Positions 9,298-18,427 of a stretch of DNA of 64,000 nucleotides are shown here, piece by piece. The translations under genes and the position numbers were made by a program. This stretch comes from an uncultured Gemmatimonadales bacterium. GTDB taxonomy: Bacteria; Gemmatimonadota; Gemmatimonadetes; Gemmatimonadales; Gemmatimonadaceae. The DNA is taken from the NCBI GenBank assembly GCA_963701965.1, contig OY969695.1, forward strand, positions 1,824,001 through 1,888,000. Direction: 5' to 3'. The notes beneath the pieces are model-generated. The model was not told the origin of the DNA. It ran no database searches and saw nothing but the letters and a program-made list of their open reading frames with translations. Position 1 is the stretch's first letter. Each line of letters opens with the position of its first letter.

Positions 9298-10548
9298 CTA
9301 CGTTACGGTCCACCAGGGCGTGGCCAGCACGCGCTCGGTGAGCCAGAATGCTCGATCGCCGCCGTGGAGTAACACGCCCCCGCGCACCGTGGGTCCCGAT
9401 TCCGCTACAAACCGATCGAGATGCACGCCGTCGCGAGGCGTCGGCGACGCACTCGCCTTCACTTCGACCCCAAGCAGCGACCCACGCCGCTCAATCACGA
9501 AGTCGACCTCTGTGCCGCCCGCCGTACGGTAATACGTCACTTCCGGGCGCGGCGTCTCGGTATCGCGCCATGCGAGGAGATCCGAAAGGATGTAGTTCTC
9601 CAAGTGCGCACCCGTCGGTTCACCGCCGCCGACGTGCAGCGCGAGACCGGTGTCGCTCCAGTACAGCTTCGGTGTCTTGATCAGGCGCGTGGTGCGGTTG
9701 CGTGCGTACGCGGGCAGGCGTACTGCCTGATAGGACGTCTCCAGGAGGTTGAGGTACTGGTGCGCGGTGGTCGACGGCATGCGGACATCGCGCGCCAACT
9801 CGGTCGTGTTGAGCAAGTTGCCGATCCGGAGGGCGCCAGCGCGCATCAAGGCCTGGAAGTCCTGCAGATTGCCAACGGCCTTGAGATCTCGCAGGTCCCG
9901 TTCGAGGTAGGTGGCGACATAGCCATCGAACCACAGCGCCCGAGCCGCGTCGCTGACCGCGCCAATGGCGACGGCGGGGAACCCACCGCGGCGCACCATT
10001 TCTCGCCAGTCAGCGGCTGGCGCCGGGTCAGCGCGCACGAGATCGAGCCAGTCGGCGCGCGGCGTATCGAAAAATCGGGTCCACGCACCGGTCTCGCCCA
10101 GGCCGAGCGCTTCACGGCGCGTCAACGGGCCCAACCGCAGATACGCGGCGCGGCCGGCTAAGGAATCGCCGACCTGGTGCATCATAAGAAGATTGGCCGA
10201 ACCGGTGAGGACGAATCGTCCGTGTCGCGCCGGCCGGTCTTCGTCGACCAACCGCTTGATCGCGAGGACGAGTGCGGGGTCACGCTGCACCTCATCGACG
10301 ATCATTGCCGGTTCGCTCAAGAGGAACGCGCGGGCGTCACGGCGCGCCGCGAGGAGGGCGACGGGGTCGTCGAGTGTCACATACGGTCGATCGGCGGACG
10401 CCGGGTGAGTCGCGACGAACGTGCTCTTTCCGGCCTGACGCGGGCCGGTGACGACGACAACACGTACGCTCGCTAGCGCTGCCGCGTACGTGCGGCCGAG
10501 TGCGCGTGGCAGGACGCCAGCGTCAGATCGCCAGGGTAGGTCGACCAT
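9298..10548 (-). CDS. AAA+ ATPase with DUF4143 and C-terminal PD-(D/E)xK-like domain
   Basis: GPRQAGKST, IVDEVQ, LTGSA, GGFP, PKLYWSDTGL, EVDFVIE...VEVKAS. Confidence 0.88.
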   Translation of the reverse strand: MVDLPWRSDAGVLPRALGRTYAAALASVRVVVVTGPRQAGKSTFVATHPASADRPYVTLDDPVALLAARRDARAFLLSEPAMIVDEVQRDPALVLAIKRLVDEDRPARHGRFVLTGSANLLMMHQVGDSLAGRAAYLRLGPLTRREALGLGETGAWTRFFDTPRADWLDLVRADPAPAADWREMVRRGGFPAVAIGAVSDAARALWFDGYVATYLERDLRDLKAVGNLQDFQALMRAGALRIGNLLNTTELARDVRMPSTTAHQYLNLLETSYQAVRLPAYARNRTTRLIKTPKLYWSDTGLALHVGGGEPTGAHLENYILSDLLAWRDTETPRPEVTYYRTAGGTEVDFVIERRGSLLGVEVKASASPTPRDGVHLDRFVAESGPTVRGGVLLHGGDRAFWLTERVLATPWWTVT

Positions 10549-10567
10549 TATGACAATATACACATGT

Positions 10568-10603
10568 CATGTAGATAATCAACACCAGACATGTAGATTA
10601 TCA
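10568..10603. promoter_or_regulatory. 14-bp direct repeat pair upstream of the AAA gene
   Basis: CATGTAGATAATCA and CATGTAGATTATCA, 22-bp period. Confidence 0.5.
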
Positions 10604-10643
10604 GCCGCCTGCCAGTGCGTCCGATCGAACCGCCTTTCAATGT

Positions 10644-10665
10644 AACAGACACAGAAACAGACACA
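10644..10665. repeat. Tandem 10-bp direct repeat near the tRNA-Arg 3' end (possible integrase arm-type sites)
   Basis: AACAGACACA twice, 12-bp period. Confidence 0.45.
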
Positions 10666-10740
10666 CGAAGGCCGCGAAGGCGAGAACATCCACCGGCGCG
10701 ACCTCGGACTAACTGCTTACAGCTTTTGATGTTGTGCTAA

Positions 10741-10814
10741 CGCGCCCGGAGAGACTCGAACTCCCAACCTTTTGATCCGTAGTCAAATGCTCTATCCAAT
10801 TGAGCTACGGGCGC
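10741..10814 (-). tRNA. tRNA-Arg(ACG)
   Basis: Reverse complement GCGCCCGTAGCTCAATTGGATAGAGCATTTGACTACGGATCAAAAGGTTGGGAGTTCGAGTCTCTCCGGGCGCG; CCA not encoded. Confidence 0.97.
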
Positions 10815-10830
10815 AAATGCTCAAGTTCCA

Positions 10831-10904
10831 TGGGCGGTACAAGACTCGAACTTGTGACCTCCACGATGTCAACGTGGCGCTCTAACCAACTGAGCTAACC
10901 GCCC
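10831..10904 (-). tRNA. tRNA-Val(GAC)
   Basis: Reverse complement GGGCGGTTAGCTCAGTTGGTTAGAGCGCCACGTTGACATCGTGGAGGTCACAAGTTCGAGTCTTGTACCGCCCA. Confidence 0.97.
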
Positions 10905-10939
10905 GCGTAGTCCTACCTACCGCCGACCGGGCCCGACCG

Positions 10940-11012
<73 letters not shown>

Positions 11013-11032
11013 CGCCCGGAACGGAACCCAGG

Positions 11033-11061
11033 AACCTAGCGGTGGGTATCTGCGGTGTCAA
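11033..11061 (-). promoter_or_regulatory. Sigma-70 promoter of the tRNA operon
   Basis: Minus strand TTGACA-17 bp-TAGGTT about 20 nt upstream of tRNA-Ala. Confidence 0.75.
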
Positions 11062-11229
11062 TTCACGGGGTCTGGCGCATTTCAGGTCGGCCGGTATCTT
11101 GCTGTGCTTCTGCCGGAAATGACCGTCACCATCCGTGCTCCCTCACTCTCTGGCCTCCCCCTGACCTACCTAGCGGGTCCGATCGCACCCGCACGCTGAA
11201 CCAATGCTGGTGATCCCGAGGACGAGAAC

Positions 11230-12117
11230 ATGGCCGAAGTGAAGCAGCGCCGCCGGCGCGCCACCCCGACAGGCATCGCACCCAGTGAGCCCGAGCGGGA
11301 CATCCTCGACCAATACCTCTACGAGGTCAGCACCTACCCGCTGCTGAAAGGCACCGAGGAGCTCGACCTCGCCCGAAAAATCCGCGCCGGCAATGGCGAA
11401 GCCCTCCAGGAACTCGTCAAACGCAACCTGCGCTTCGTCATCTCCGTCGCCAAGAAATACCAAAACCGCGGCCTCCCCCTCATCGACTTGATCGGCGAAG
11501 GCAACGTCGGCCTCCTCACCGCCGCCCGGAAATTCGACCCCGACCAAGGCGTCAAATTCATTTCCTACGCCGTCTGGTGGATCCGACAAGCCATCCTGTC
11601 CTCCCTCGCCCGCCAAGGCCGCACCGTCCGCGTCCCGCTCAATCGCACCGCGGACCTCTCCCGCATCATTAAAGCGTCAGAGATCCTGCGCCAGAAACTC
11701 CGGCGCGAGCCCAACCCCGAAGAACTGTCCCAACTCACGGGCCTCTCCGTCGACGTCGTCCAATCCCTCGCCGCCCTCAATACCGGCGACGTCCGCCTCG
11801 ACGCCCCCATGGACCCCGAAGGCGACCGGTCCCTCATCGAGCGCTTCGTCGCCGACGAAATGCCCGACGCCGAAGAAGAAGCCATGAACCGCTTCCTCAA
11901 CGACGAGATCGAGCAAGCCCTCGGCACCCTCCCGCCCCGCGACGCCAAAGTGCTCCGACTCTACTTCGGCCTCGAAGGCGGCCGCGAACATACCCTCGAG
12001 GAGATCGGGTCCATGCTCGGCGTCACCCGCGAGCGGGTCCGCCAGCTGCGCGACCGCGCGCTCAAGCGCCTGCGCGAAGGCGACGTCGGCCGCGCGCTCG
12101 GCAGTTTCGCGGCGTGA
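11230..12117 (+). CDS. RNA polymerase sigma-70 factor, RpoD/SigA-like, lacking region 1.1
   Basis: NLRFVISVAKKY, DLIGEGNVGL, KFISYAVWWIRQAI, TLEEIG...VTRERVRQ. Confidence 0.95.
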   Translation: MAEVKQRRRRATPTGIAPSEPERDILDQYLYEVSTYPLLKGTEELDLARKIRAGNGEALQELVKRNLRFVISVAKKYQNRGLPLIDLIGEGNVGLLTAARKFDPDQGVKFISYAVWWIRQAILSSLARQGRTVRVPLNRTADLSRIIKASEILRQKLRREPNPEELSQLTGLSVDVVQSLAALNTGDVRLDAPMDPEGDRSLIERFVADEMPDAEEEAMNRFLNDEIEQALGTLPPRDAKVLRLYFGLEGGREHTLEEIGSMLGVTRERVRQLRDRALKRLREGDVGRALGSFAA

Positions 12118-12863
12118 TCTCACTCCGCAACGTTTATAAGGCCTTCGGGAGGAAGCGCGTCCTCGACGGATTCTCCCTCGACGTCGAAGAGGGCGAGACC
12201 GTCGCCCTTATCGGATTCTCCGGCAGCGGCAAATCCGTCGCCATCAAGCACATCGTCGGCCTCCTCATGCCCGACGCCGGCCAAGTCATCGTCGACGGCC
12301 TCAACGTCCCGACGCTGTCGCGCCAGGAGCTCTACCAACTGCGCGCCCGCATCGGCTACGTCTTCCAGTTCGCCGCCCTGTTCGACTCCCTCACCATCGG
12401 CGACAACGTCGCCATGGGCCTCAGAAAACAAGAGGGCCTCACCGAAGCCGAGATCGCCGAGCGCGTCCACGAGGCACTCGAACTGGTCGACCTGCCCGAC
12501 GTCGCCGATCGCTCCCCGGCTGAGCTCTCCGGCGGCATGCGAAAACGCGTCGGCATCGCCCGGGCGATCGCGCTCCGGCCCAAGTACATTCTGTACGATG
12601 AGCCCACAACCGGCCTGGACCCGGTGACATCCGCCGTGATCGATGACCTCATGACACGCATGGAGCGACAGCTCGGCGTGACGGGCGTCGTCATCACCCA
12701 CGACATGCGCAGCGCCTATACGGTCGCCAACCGCATCGCCATGCTGTACGAAGGCAAGGTGCGACAGTTCGGATCTGTCGACGAGATCCGCAACACCACC
12801 GATCCAGTCGTCCGCCAGTTCATCGAAGGCCGCGCCGAGCTCGCTACCGCAGAGCACGCGTAG
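12114..12863 (+). CDS. mlaF: ABC transporter ATP-binding protein, MlaF family
   Basis: GFSGSGKS, FQFAALFDSL, LSGGMRKRVGIARA, YDEPTTGLDP, DPVVRQFI. Confidence 0.88.
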   Translation: MISLRNVYKAFGRKRVLDGFSLDVEEGETVALIGFSGSGKSVAIKHIVGLLMPDAGQVIVDGLNVPTLSRQELYQLRARIGYVFQFAALFDSLTIGDNVAMGLRKQEGLTEAEIAERVHEALELVDLPDVADRSPAELSGGMRKRVGIARAIALRPKYILYDEPTTGLDPVTSAVIDDLMTRMERQLGVTGVVITHDMRSAYTVANRIAMLYEGKVRQFGSVDEIRNTTDPVVRQFIEGRAELATAEHA

Positions 12864-12867
12864 GCGC

Positions 12868-13314
12868 ATGCCCCGTTCGCGAGCCAGGCAGGAGCAGTCC
12901 GCCGGCGGCGTCGTCTATCGCCTCGCCGGCATCGAGCCACTCTTCCTGCTCATCCGCGACTCGTATAAAAACTGGGGCTTCCCCAAAGGCCACGTCGAGA
13001 AAAACGAGGCGCCGGACGAAGCCGCCATGCGCGAAGTGGCCGAAGAGACCGGATTGACGCAGCTCGACGTCCGGTCAAAAATCGACACCATCGACTGGTA
13101 CTTCCGGTTCAACGGCCGACTCATCCACAAAGTCTGCGCGTTCTATCTCATGGAGAGCCCCAGCGGCGACACCGAGCCGCAGCACGACGAGGGCATCACC
13201 GCCTGCCGGTGGGTCAGCTACGACGAGGCGGCGGCGCTCATCTCCTACGACAACGCGCGCCAGCTGCTCCAAAAGGCCCACGCCATGGTCGTGGACCGCC
13301 GCTTGAGCGCCTGA
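12868..13314 (+). CDS. NUDIX hydrolase
   Basis: Nudix box FPKGHVE...AAMREVAEETGL. Confidence 0.92.
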   Translation: MPRSRARQEQSAGGVVYRLAGIEPLFLLIRDSYKNWGFPKGHVEKNEAPDEAAMREVAEETGLTQLDVRSKIDTIDWYFRFNGRLIHKVCAFYLMESPSGDTEPQHDEGITACRWVSYDEAAALISYDNARQLLQKAHAMVVDRRLSA

Positions 13315-13320
13315 ACCGCC

Positions 13321-14142
13321 ATGAGCGCGTCGGCCGACCAGCTTCCGTGCCTGGCGGTCTTTGCCCCGCCAACCCGCGAGCGCGCCCGCGTGCTGGCGCG
13401 GGCGGCATTCTCGCGGCGGCGCGCCCGATTGGTGTTCGTCCGCACCGCCGCCGAACTGGCCCAAGCCTTTCGCGGTGAGCTGATCGACGCGGCGTTGCTC
13501 GATCTCGGCGCACCGAGCGGCGCGGGCGCCGCCACCGACGATACCTGGCGCGCCGCGGAGCTGGCGCGCGACTTCCCGAGCGCCGCGTTCTTCGCGGTGA
13601 CCCCGCTCCGCGTCGCCGATGCCCGCACCGTCGCCCGCTGCGCCGAGCTGGAGTTCGCCGACGTCCTCGTCGATGGCGTGGACGACGGCGTCACGCGCGA
13701 CCTGGTCACGCCGCACCTCTTTCGCGCCCGCTTCGCCGAAGCGCTCCGCGACCCGCCTGCCGCGCTCCGCCTGACATCGCCACTACAACAGAAAACGTGG
13801 CGCTGCATCGTCAACCACGCTGGACTCCCCGTACGCACCGACACCGTCGCCGCCGTCGTCGGCGTCACGCGCGAGCACCTGAGCCGCGCGTTCGCCGCCG
13901 ACCTCGCGCCGAACCTCAAGCGCGTCATCGACCTCGTGCGCCTCATCGCGGCGGCCGAACTGGCGAAAAACCCCGGCTACGATATCCGCGACGTGGCCCT
14001 GGTCCTCCGATTCGCCTCCGCGTCGCACCTCTCCAGCACCGCCCAACGCGTCGTCGGCATGCGTCCGACCTCGCTGGCCCGCCTCCGCACGGTCGATCTC
14101 TTCGAGCGGTTCGCCGCCGGTCGTGGCAAAAGCCGCAGCTGA
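13321..14142 (+). CDS. AraC-family HTH regulator with a degenerate receiver-like N-terminus
   Basis: VAAVVGVTREHLSRAF and DVALVLRFASASHLS double HTH. Confidence 0.8.
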   Translation: MSASADQLPCLAVFAPPTRERARVLARAAFSRRRARLVFVRTAAELAQAFRGELIDAALLDLGAPSGAGAATDDTWRAAELARDFPSAAFFAVTPLRVADARTVARCAELEFADVLVDGVDDGVTRDLVTPHLFRARFAEALRDPPAALRLTSPLQQKTWRCIVNHAGLPVRTDTVAAVVGVTREHLSRAFAADLAPNLKRVIDLVRLIAAAELAKNPGYDIRDVALVLRFASASHLSSTAQRVVGMRPTSLARLRTVDLFERFAAGRGKSRS

Positions 14143-14172
14143 GGCGTATCTTTCCTGGTCCTACCGTCTTAC

Positions 14173-14246
14173 GCGCGCGTAGCTCAGTTGGATAGAGCGT
14201 CGGCCTCCGGAGCCGAAGGTCGTGGGTTCGAATCCCGCCGCGCGCA
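14173..14246 (+). tRNA. tRNA-Arg(CCG)
   Basis: GCGCGCGTAGCTCAGTTGGATAGAGCGTCGGCCTCCGGAGCCGAAGGTCGTGGGTTCGAATCCCGCCGCGCGCA. Confidence 0.97.
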
Positions 14247-14368
14247 TCGTTTGTGGCGTCATAGTGGGCCCTGAGACTGGCCGCGTGGGGCACGTTCGCT
14301 GCGCCGATTGCCCCATTTGCTGCAACCGATCTGTCGTACTCGGTGATGCAAACTCAAAATAGCAGCAT

Positions 14369-15094
14369 ATGTCAATCTCGCTGCTCCGCGCACTCGGCGC
14401 CGTGTTGCTCGGTGCCTCGACCGCCGCCGCTCAAGAAGCTCGAGTCGAATACACCGTTCAGCCGTCCTTCACCCTCGATACGCGACACGTACCCGACTCC
14501 GGCGTGGTCCGCTACCTGGTCACCGACCGGCGCGACAGCACGAAGCAAGTCGGCACCATCACATACGCGTATCGCGCGCTCACCATCGGCGGCGCTCCGG
14601 CGCTCGAGCGGGCCGAGACATGGCAGTTCGGCGCCAACGCGGCCGTCGACACCGTGGTGGTATTTCGCCGCACGCTGGCGCCGATCCGGCAGCATGCCTG
14701 GACGCGAGGTGTCGAGTCAGAGCGCACGTACGACGGTCGGCGTGTCCAGCGCCGTCCGGGCTGGGGACAGGTCCGCGATTCCACCTTGACCGAGACGCGA
14801 ATGCTGCCCACGCCGATATTTTCAGCTTCGATCGGCGACCTTCTGGCGGCCGCGGTGCCGCTCGTCGACGGCTACACCGCCGTCGTCCCATCAGAGGCCG
14901 ATCAGGAACCGGGCTTCGAGCGCGACACGATTCGCGTGACCCGCGATGACGGCGCGTCGCATCGCTGGACGGTCCACTTCGTCGACCCATTCCTCATCGA
15001 GACATTCATCGTCGATGAACGGACGCGCCGCATCATCGAGTGGGACATGCGACGACGCGATGGCCGGATCGACTGGCGACTGATGCCGCGCTGA
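14369..15094 (+). CDS. Secreted beta-rich hypothetical protein (possibly DUF3108-like)
   Basis: Signal peptide ending AAA-QE; DTVVVFRRTLAPIR pattern; family call is tentative. Confidence 0.65.
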   Translation: MSISLLRALGAVLLGASTAAAQEARVEYTVQPSFTLDTRHVPDSGVVRYLVTDRRDSTKQVGTITYAYRALTIGGAPALERAETWQFGANAAVDTVVVFRRTLAPIRQHAWTRGVESERTYDGRRVQRRPGWGQVRDSTLTETRMLPTPIFSASIGDLLAAAVPLVDGYTAVVPSEADQEPGFERDTIRVTRDDGASHRWTVHFVDPFLIETFIVDERTRRIIEWDMRRRDGRIDWRLMPR

Positions 15095-15111
15095 TCGCGC
15101 GTGCAGTCGTC

Positions 15112-15155
15112 GCCTCCGGAGCCGAAGGTCGTGGGTTCGAATCCCGCCGCGCGCA
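15112..15155 (+). repeat. attR-like 44-bp duplicate of the tRNA-Arg(CCG) 3' end
   Basis: GCCTCCGGAGCCGAAGGTCGTGGGTTCGAATCCCGCCGCGCGCA, identical to 14203-14246. Confidence 0.95.
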
Positions 15156-15247
15156 CTCCTAATCCTGACAAACACGTTGGCCCCGTGGCGCCCGGCGGCG
15201 CGGCGAAGGGGACTCTGCGCCGCACCGTCGCGCCGTCGCATGTTACT

Positions 15248-15275
15248 ATTTCGCTATTTCGCGTCGCGACGAAAT
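15248..15275. promoter_or_regulatory. Candidate ArsR operator, copy 1
   Basis: ATTTCGCT-ATTTCG-N8-CGAAAT; matches 18365-18392. Confidence 0.6.
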
Positions 15276-15312
15276 GATATAGAATAGGCGAGCGGCAGAC
15301 AACAGGAGAAAA

Positions 15313-16456
15313 ATGATGCCGAAGCCGATGCGGGATTTCGACCTGGAGGTCCACTTCGCGAAGTGGGAATTCGTCGCCAAGTTCAATCTGGCAGGATCGG
15401 ATGCCGAGACCCTGCGCCTGGGTGCGCTGTTGGAGCTCGCGAGCGCCGAGGACCGCGACGCGTTCGACACGCTCAGTCTCGCGTATACCGAGACGCGGGG
15501 TGCACCGGCGCTCCGAGAGCAGATTGCCACCACGTACGACACGTGTACGCCGGATCACATCCTGTGTTTCGCGGGCGCGGAAGAGCCCATTTACACGGCT
15601 ATGCGGGTGCTGCTCAGTCCTCAGGATCACGCCATCGTGATCACGCCCAACTACCAGGCCGCCGAAACGGTGCCGCTCAGTATTTGCCAGGTCACCGGAG
15701 TCCCACTCGAGGCGCAGCGTGGCTGGGCGCTGGATCTCGACCGCCTGCATGCCGCTTTTCGTCCCAACACGCGCGTGGTCGTCATCAATTTTCCGAACAA
15801 CCCGACCGGCAAGATTATCCCGCGCGCGCAATTGGAGGCGATCGTCGAGTTCTGCCGCCAGCGGGGCATTCTGGCTGTTCAGCGACGAGGTCTTTCGACT
15901 GATCGAGCGCGATGCCGCCCTTCGGCTGCCGCAGGCGGTCGACGTGTACGAGCGCGGCATCTCGTTGAATGTGATGTCGAAGGCGTACGGGCTCCCCGGA
16001 TTGCGCATCGGTTGGCTGGCCTGCAAAGATCGTTCGCTGCTGCTCAAGCTGGAGCGCTACAAGCACTACCTGTCGATCTGCAACTCCGCGACCTCGGAAG
16101 TGTTGGCGCGCATCGCCCTCAAGGCCCGAGACACGCTGCTGACCCGCAACCGTCAGGTGGTCGATCACAATCTCGCGGCGCTGGATGTGTTTTTCGACGA
16201 GCATGCGCACCTGTTCGATTGGCACCGACCGGATGGAAGCTGCGTTGGGTTTGTCCGATACAAAGGTCCGGAGGGTGTCGAAGACTTCGCGCGGCGCCTG
16301 GTGGAGGAGTCGAGTGTGCTGCTGCTGCCGGCGAGTGTCTTCCGCTCGGAGTTGAACGACGTCCCGTCGGACTACTTTCGCCTGGGGTACGGACATTCGA
16401 ACGTTCCCCAGGGGCTCGAGGTCATGCGTGGTTGGCTACAACGCACCGGGCGATGA
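15313..16456 (+). CDS. Class I/II PLP-dependent aminotransferase; frameshift near 15870
   Basis: INFPNNPTG, then WLFSDEVFR and MSKAYGLPGLRIGW in the shifted frame; RBS AGGAG. Confidence 0.88.
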
Positions 16457-16906
16457 GAGTGTCGCGATCAATTCGATTTCCACCGCGACGCCCATGGGCA
16501 GGCTCATGACGCCGACGGTGGTTCTCGCGTGGCGACCCGCATCGCCGAATACAGCGATCAAGAGCCTCGAGGCCGCATCGGTGACCTGTGGCAGATCCTG
16601 GAAGTCCGGCGCGCAATTCACGTAGCCGTTCAATTTTCGTATCTGCCGAATCGCGTCCAGGGAACCAATCGCGTGGTGCAGCGAGGCCAGACACCCGAGG
16701 ACCGCGCTCTCCGCCGCGCGTTGGCCTGTCACCAGGTCGAGCTCGCACCCGACTTTCCCCCTGTACAGAAATTGCCCATCGGCGAACGGCGCGTGGCCGG
16801 ACACGAACGCCAGGTCGTCGACCACGCTGACGCGCAGGAACTCATGCGTCGGAGCGAGATCAGGCAGGGTGAGGTTCAGCCGTTGCAGTTGGTCGTAGAC
16901 GCTCAT
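16436..16906 (-). CDS. RidA/YjgF family protein
   Basis: FVSGHAP, GKVG, GRHARTTVGV, VAVEIE. Confidence 0.9.
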   Translation of the reverse strand: MSVYDQLQRLNLTLPDLAPTHEFLRVSVVDDLAFVSGHAPFADGQFLYRGKVGCELDLVTGQRAAESAVLGCLASLHHAIGSLDAIRQIRKLNGYVNCAPDFQDLPQVTDAASRLLIAVFGDAGRHARTTVGVMSLPMGVAVEIELIATLSSPGAL

Positions 16907-18027
16907 AACGCCTGGGTGATGTCGGCGATCAAATCGTCAGGGTGCTCGAGTCCGATCGACAGGCGCAGGAGGTTCTCCACCAAGCCGGTGCCGACGCCGT
17001 GTGTGGGGCTCGATGCTTGGTGTTGGATGAGGCTCTCTACGGCACCAAAACTGGCCGCGTGTCGGAAGATCTTGACGTTCGCGCATACGGCCCGCGCCGC
17101 CTCCCGTCCACCGCGCACCTGGATGGAGATGATCCCACCAAAACCGCCCGACAGCTGACGTTTCGCCAGAGAGTGCTGCGGATGGGATGCCAGCCCCGGA
17201 TAGTGGACGACCTCGAGCGATGGATGGTGCTCGAGCGCCCTGGCGATGGTGAGCGCACTCTCCGCGTGCGCGCGCATGCGGTGGGCGAGGGTCTTGATAC
17301 CCCGATGCACTAGCCAGCAGTCGAATGGAGACGGTACCGCTCCTTCGAGGACTTGGATGCGCCGAATCTCATCGATCGGATCACCCGGCGTTCCGGCCAC
17401 GACCACGCCGCCCAAGACGTCTCCGTGTCCACCCATGTATTTCGTCGTGGCATGGACGACGAGGTCGACTCCGCTCCTCAGGGGTCGCTGAAAGATTGGC
17501 GTCACGAACGTGTTGTCGACAACGCTCAGTGCGCCGAACCGGTGCGCGAGCTCCGAGATCACGCTCAGGTCGGTGACGTTGAGCAGCGGATTCGACAGCG
17601 TCTCCATCCACACCAGCCTCGTGTTGGCTTGCAGGGCGCGCTCGACCGCCGTCACGTCGGTCATATCCACGGCCGTATGCGTGAGATTCCACCTCGGCAG
17701 CACCTGTGTCAGGAGCCGCACCGTGCCCTGAAACACATCGGCCGGGATCACCACGTGGTCGCCTGGCTTCAACGTCCGCAAGATGGCGGTGATCGCCGCA
17801 CTACCCGACGCGAAGGCGACCGCCACCGACCCACCTTCGAGCGCCGCACACGCGGACTCGAGTCCGTCGCGGTTGGGGTTCCCCTTGCTGGAGTAGGTGT
17901 ATCCGCGACGGTATTCGCCATCACCGTCACGCTCGAAGGTCACCGACAGGTTGATCGGCGGAGCGATGGCGCCCGATGCGTCATCGACGCTGGCCCCGCC
18001 ATGAACGGCTATGGTCTCGATGTTCAT
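16903..18027 (-). CDS. Cystathionine gamma-synthase/lyase family PLP enzyme
   Basis: YSSKGNPNR, FASGSAA, ETLSNP, VDNTF, HATTKYMGGHGD, SFGAVESL, RLSIGLE. Confidence 0.93.
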   Translation of the reverse strand: MNIETIAVHGGASVDDASGAIAPPINLSVTFERDGDGEYRRGYTYSSKGNPNRDGLESACAALEGGSVAVAFASGSAAITAILRTLKPGDHVVIPADVFQGTVRLLTQVLPRWNLTHTAVDMTDVTAVERALQANTRLVWMETLSNPLLNVTDLSVISELAHRFGALSVVDNTFVTPIFQRPLRSGVDLVVHATTKYMGGHGDVLGGVVVAGTPGDPIDEIRRIQVLEGAVPSPFDCWLVHRGIKTLAHRMRAHAESALTIARALEHHPSLEVVHYPGLASHPQHSLAKRQLSGGFGGIISIQVRGGREAARAVCANVKIFRHAASFGAVESLIQHQASSPTHGVGTGLVENLLRLSIGLEHPDDLIADITQAL

Positions 18028-18031
18028 GGGC

Positions 18032-18381
18032 TCATCGATCGCGCCGCAGCACCTGGAGCTGGAATCTCCTCATGAACTGCAGGAGCGCCTGCTCGTCCCG
18101 CCGATAGAAGGTCCACCCCTTCTTGCGCGTTGCAATCAACATCCCGGCGTCCGCCAGGATCGCGAATGCCGCGACGCGGTCGCCGGCGCGACACCGATCT
18201 TCGCCTGAATGGCACCCGCACAGGCGCCATCGCGAATCAGATCGCCATCCTCTTGCGGCGGGAAATTCGCGATCGGATCTTCGAGGTATGCGAGAATCGC
18301 GAGCCGCACGGGACAGGACAGAGCCCTGACGCCCTTGATCAGCGCCCCCGGTGGTTTGCTGGCCACTTCGCTACTTCGCAT
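18032..18381 (-). CDS. ArsR/SmtB family regulator; frameshift near 18165
   Basis: RALSCPVRLAILAYL..FPPQEDGD..GAC..VAPATASRH, continuing in another frame as LAILADAGMLIATRKKGWTFYRRDE. Confidence 0.82.
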
Positions 18382-18392
18382 AACAACGAATT
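18365..18392. promoter_or_regulatory. Candidate ArsR operator, copy 2 (autoregulatory position)
   Basis: ACTTCGCT-ACTTCG-N8-CGAATT over the arsR start. Confidence 0.6.
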
Positions 18393-18427
18393 TACCCAAC
18401 GGGGACGAAGCAGGCAAGCGCCGCACC

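Larger units (their letters stand above)
14247..15155. mobile_element. One-gene islet integrated at tRNA-Arg(CCG)
   Basis: Bounded by a perfect 44-bp direct repeat of the tRNA 3' end; contains one CDS and no integrase. Confidence 0.7.

Noticed and set aside
14288..14302. Sigma-54 promoter for the islet gene
   Set aside because: GG-N10-GC is present but the flanks deviate (GGGCAC/CTGC); plausible by chance at this GC content
15112..15155. A second tRNA-Arg(CCG) gene
   Set aside because: It lacks the 5' acceptor strand and D-arm; it is an att-type fragment
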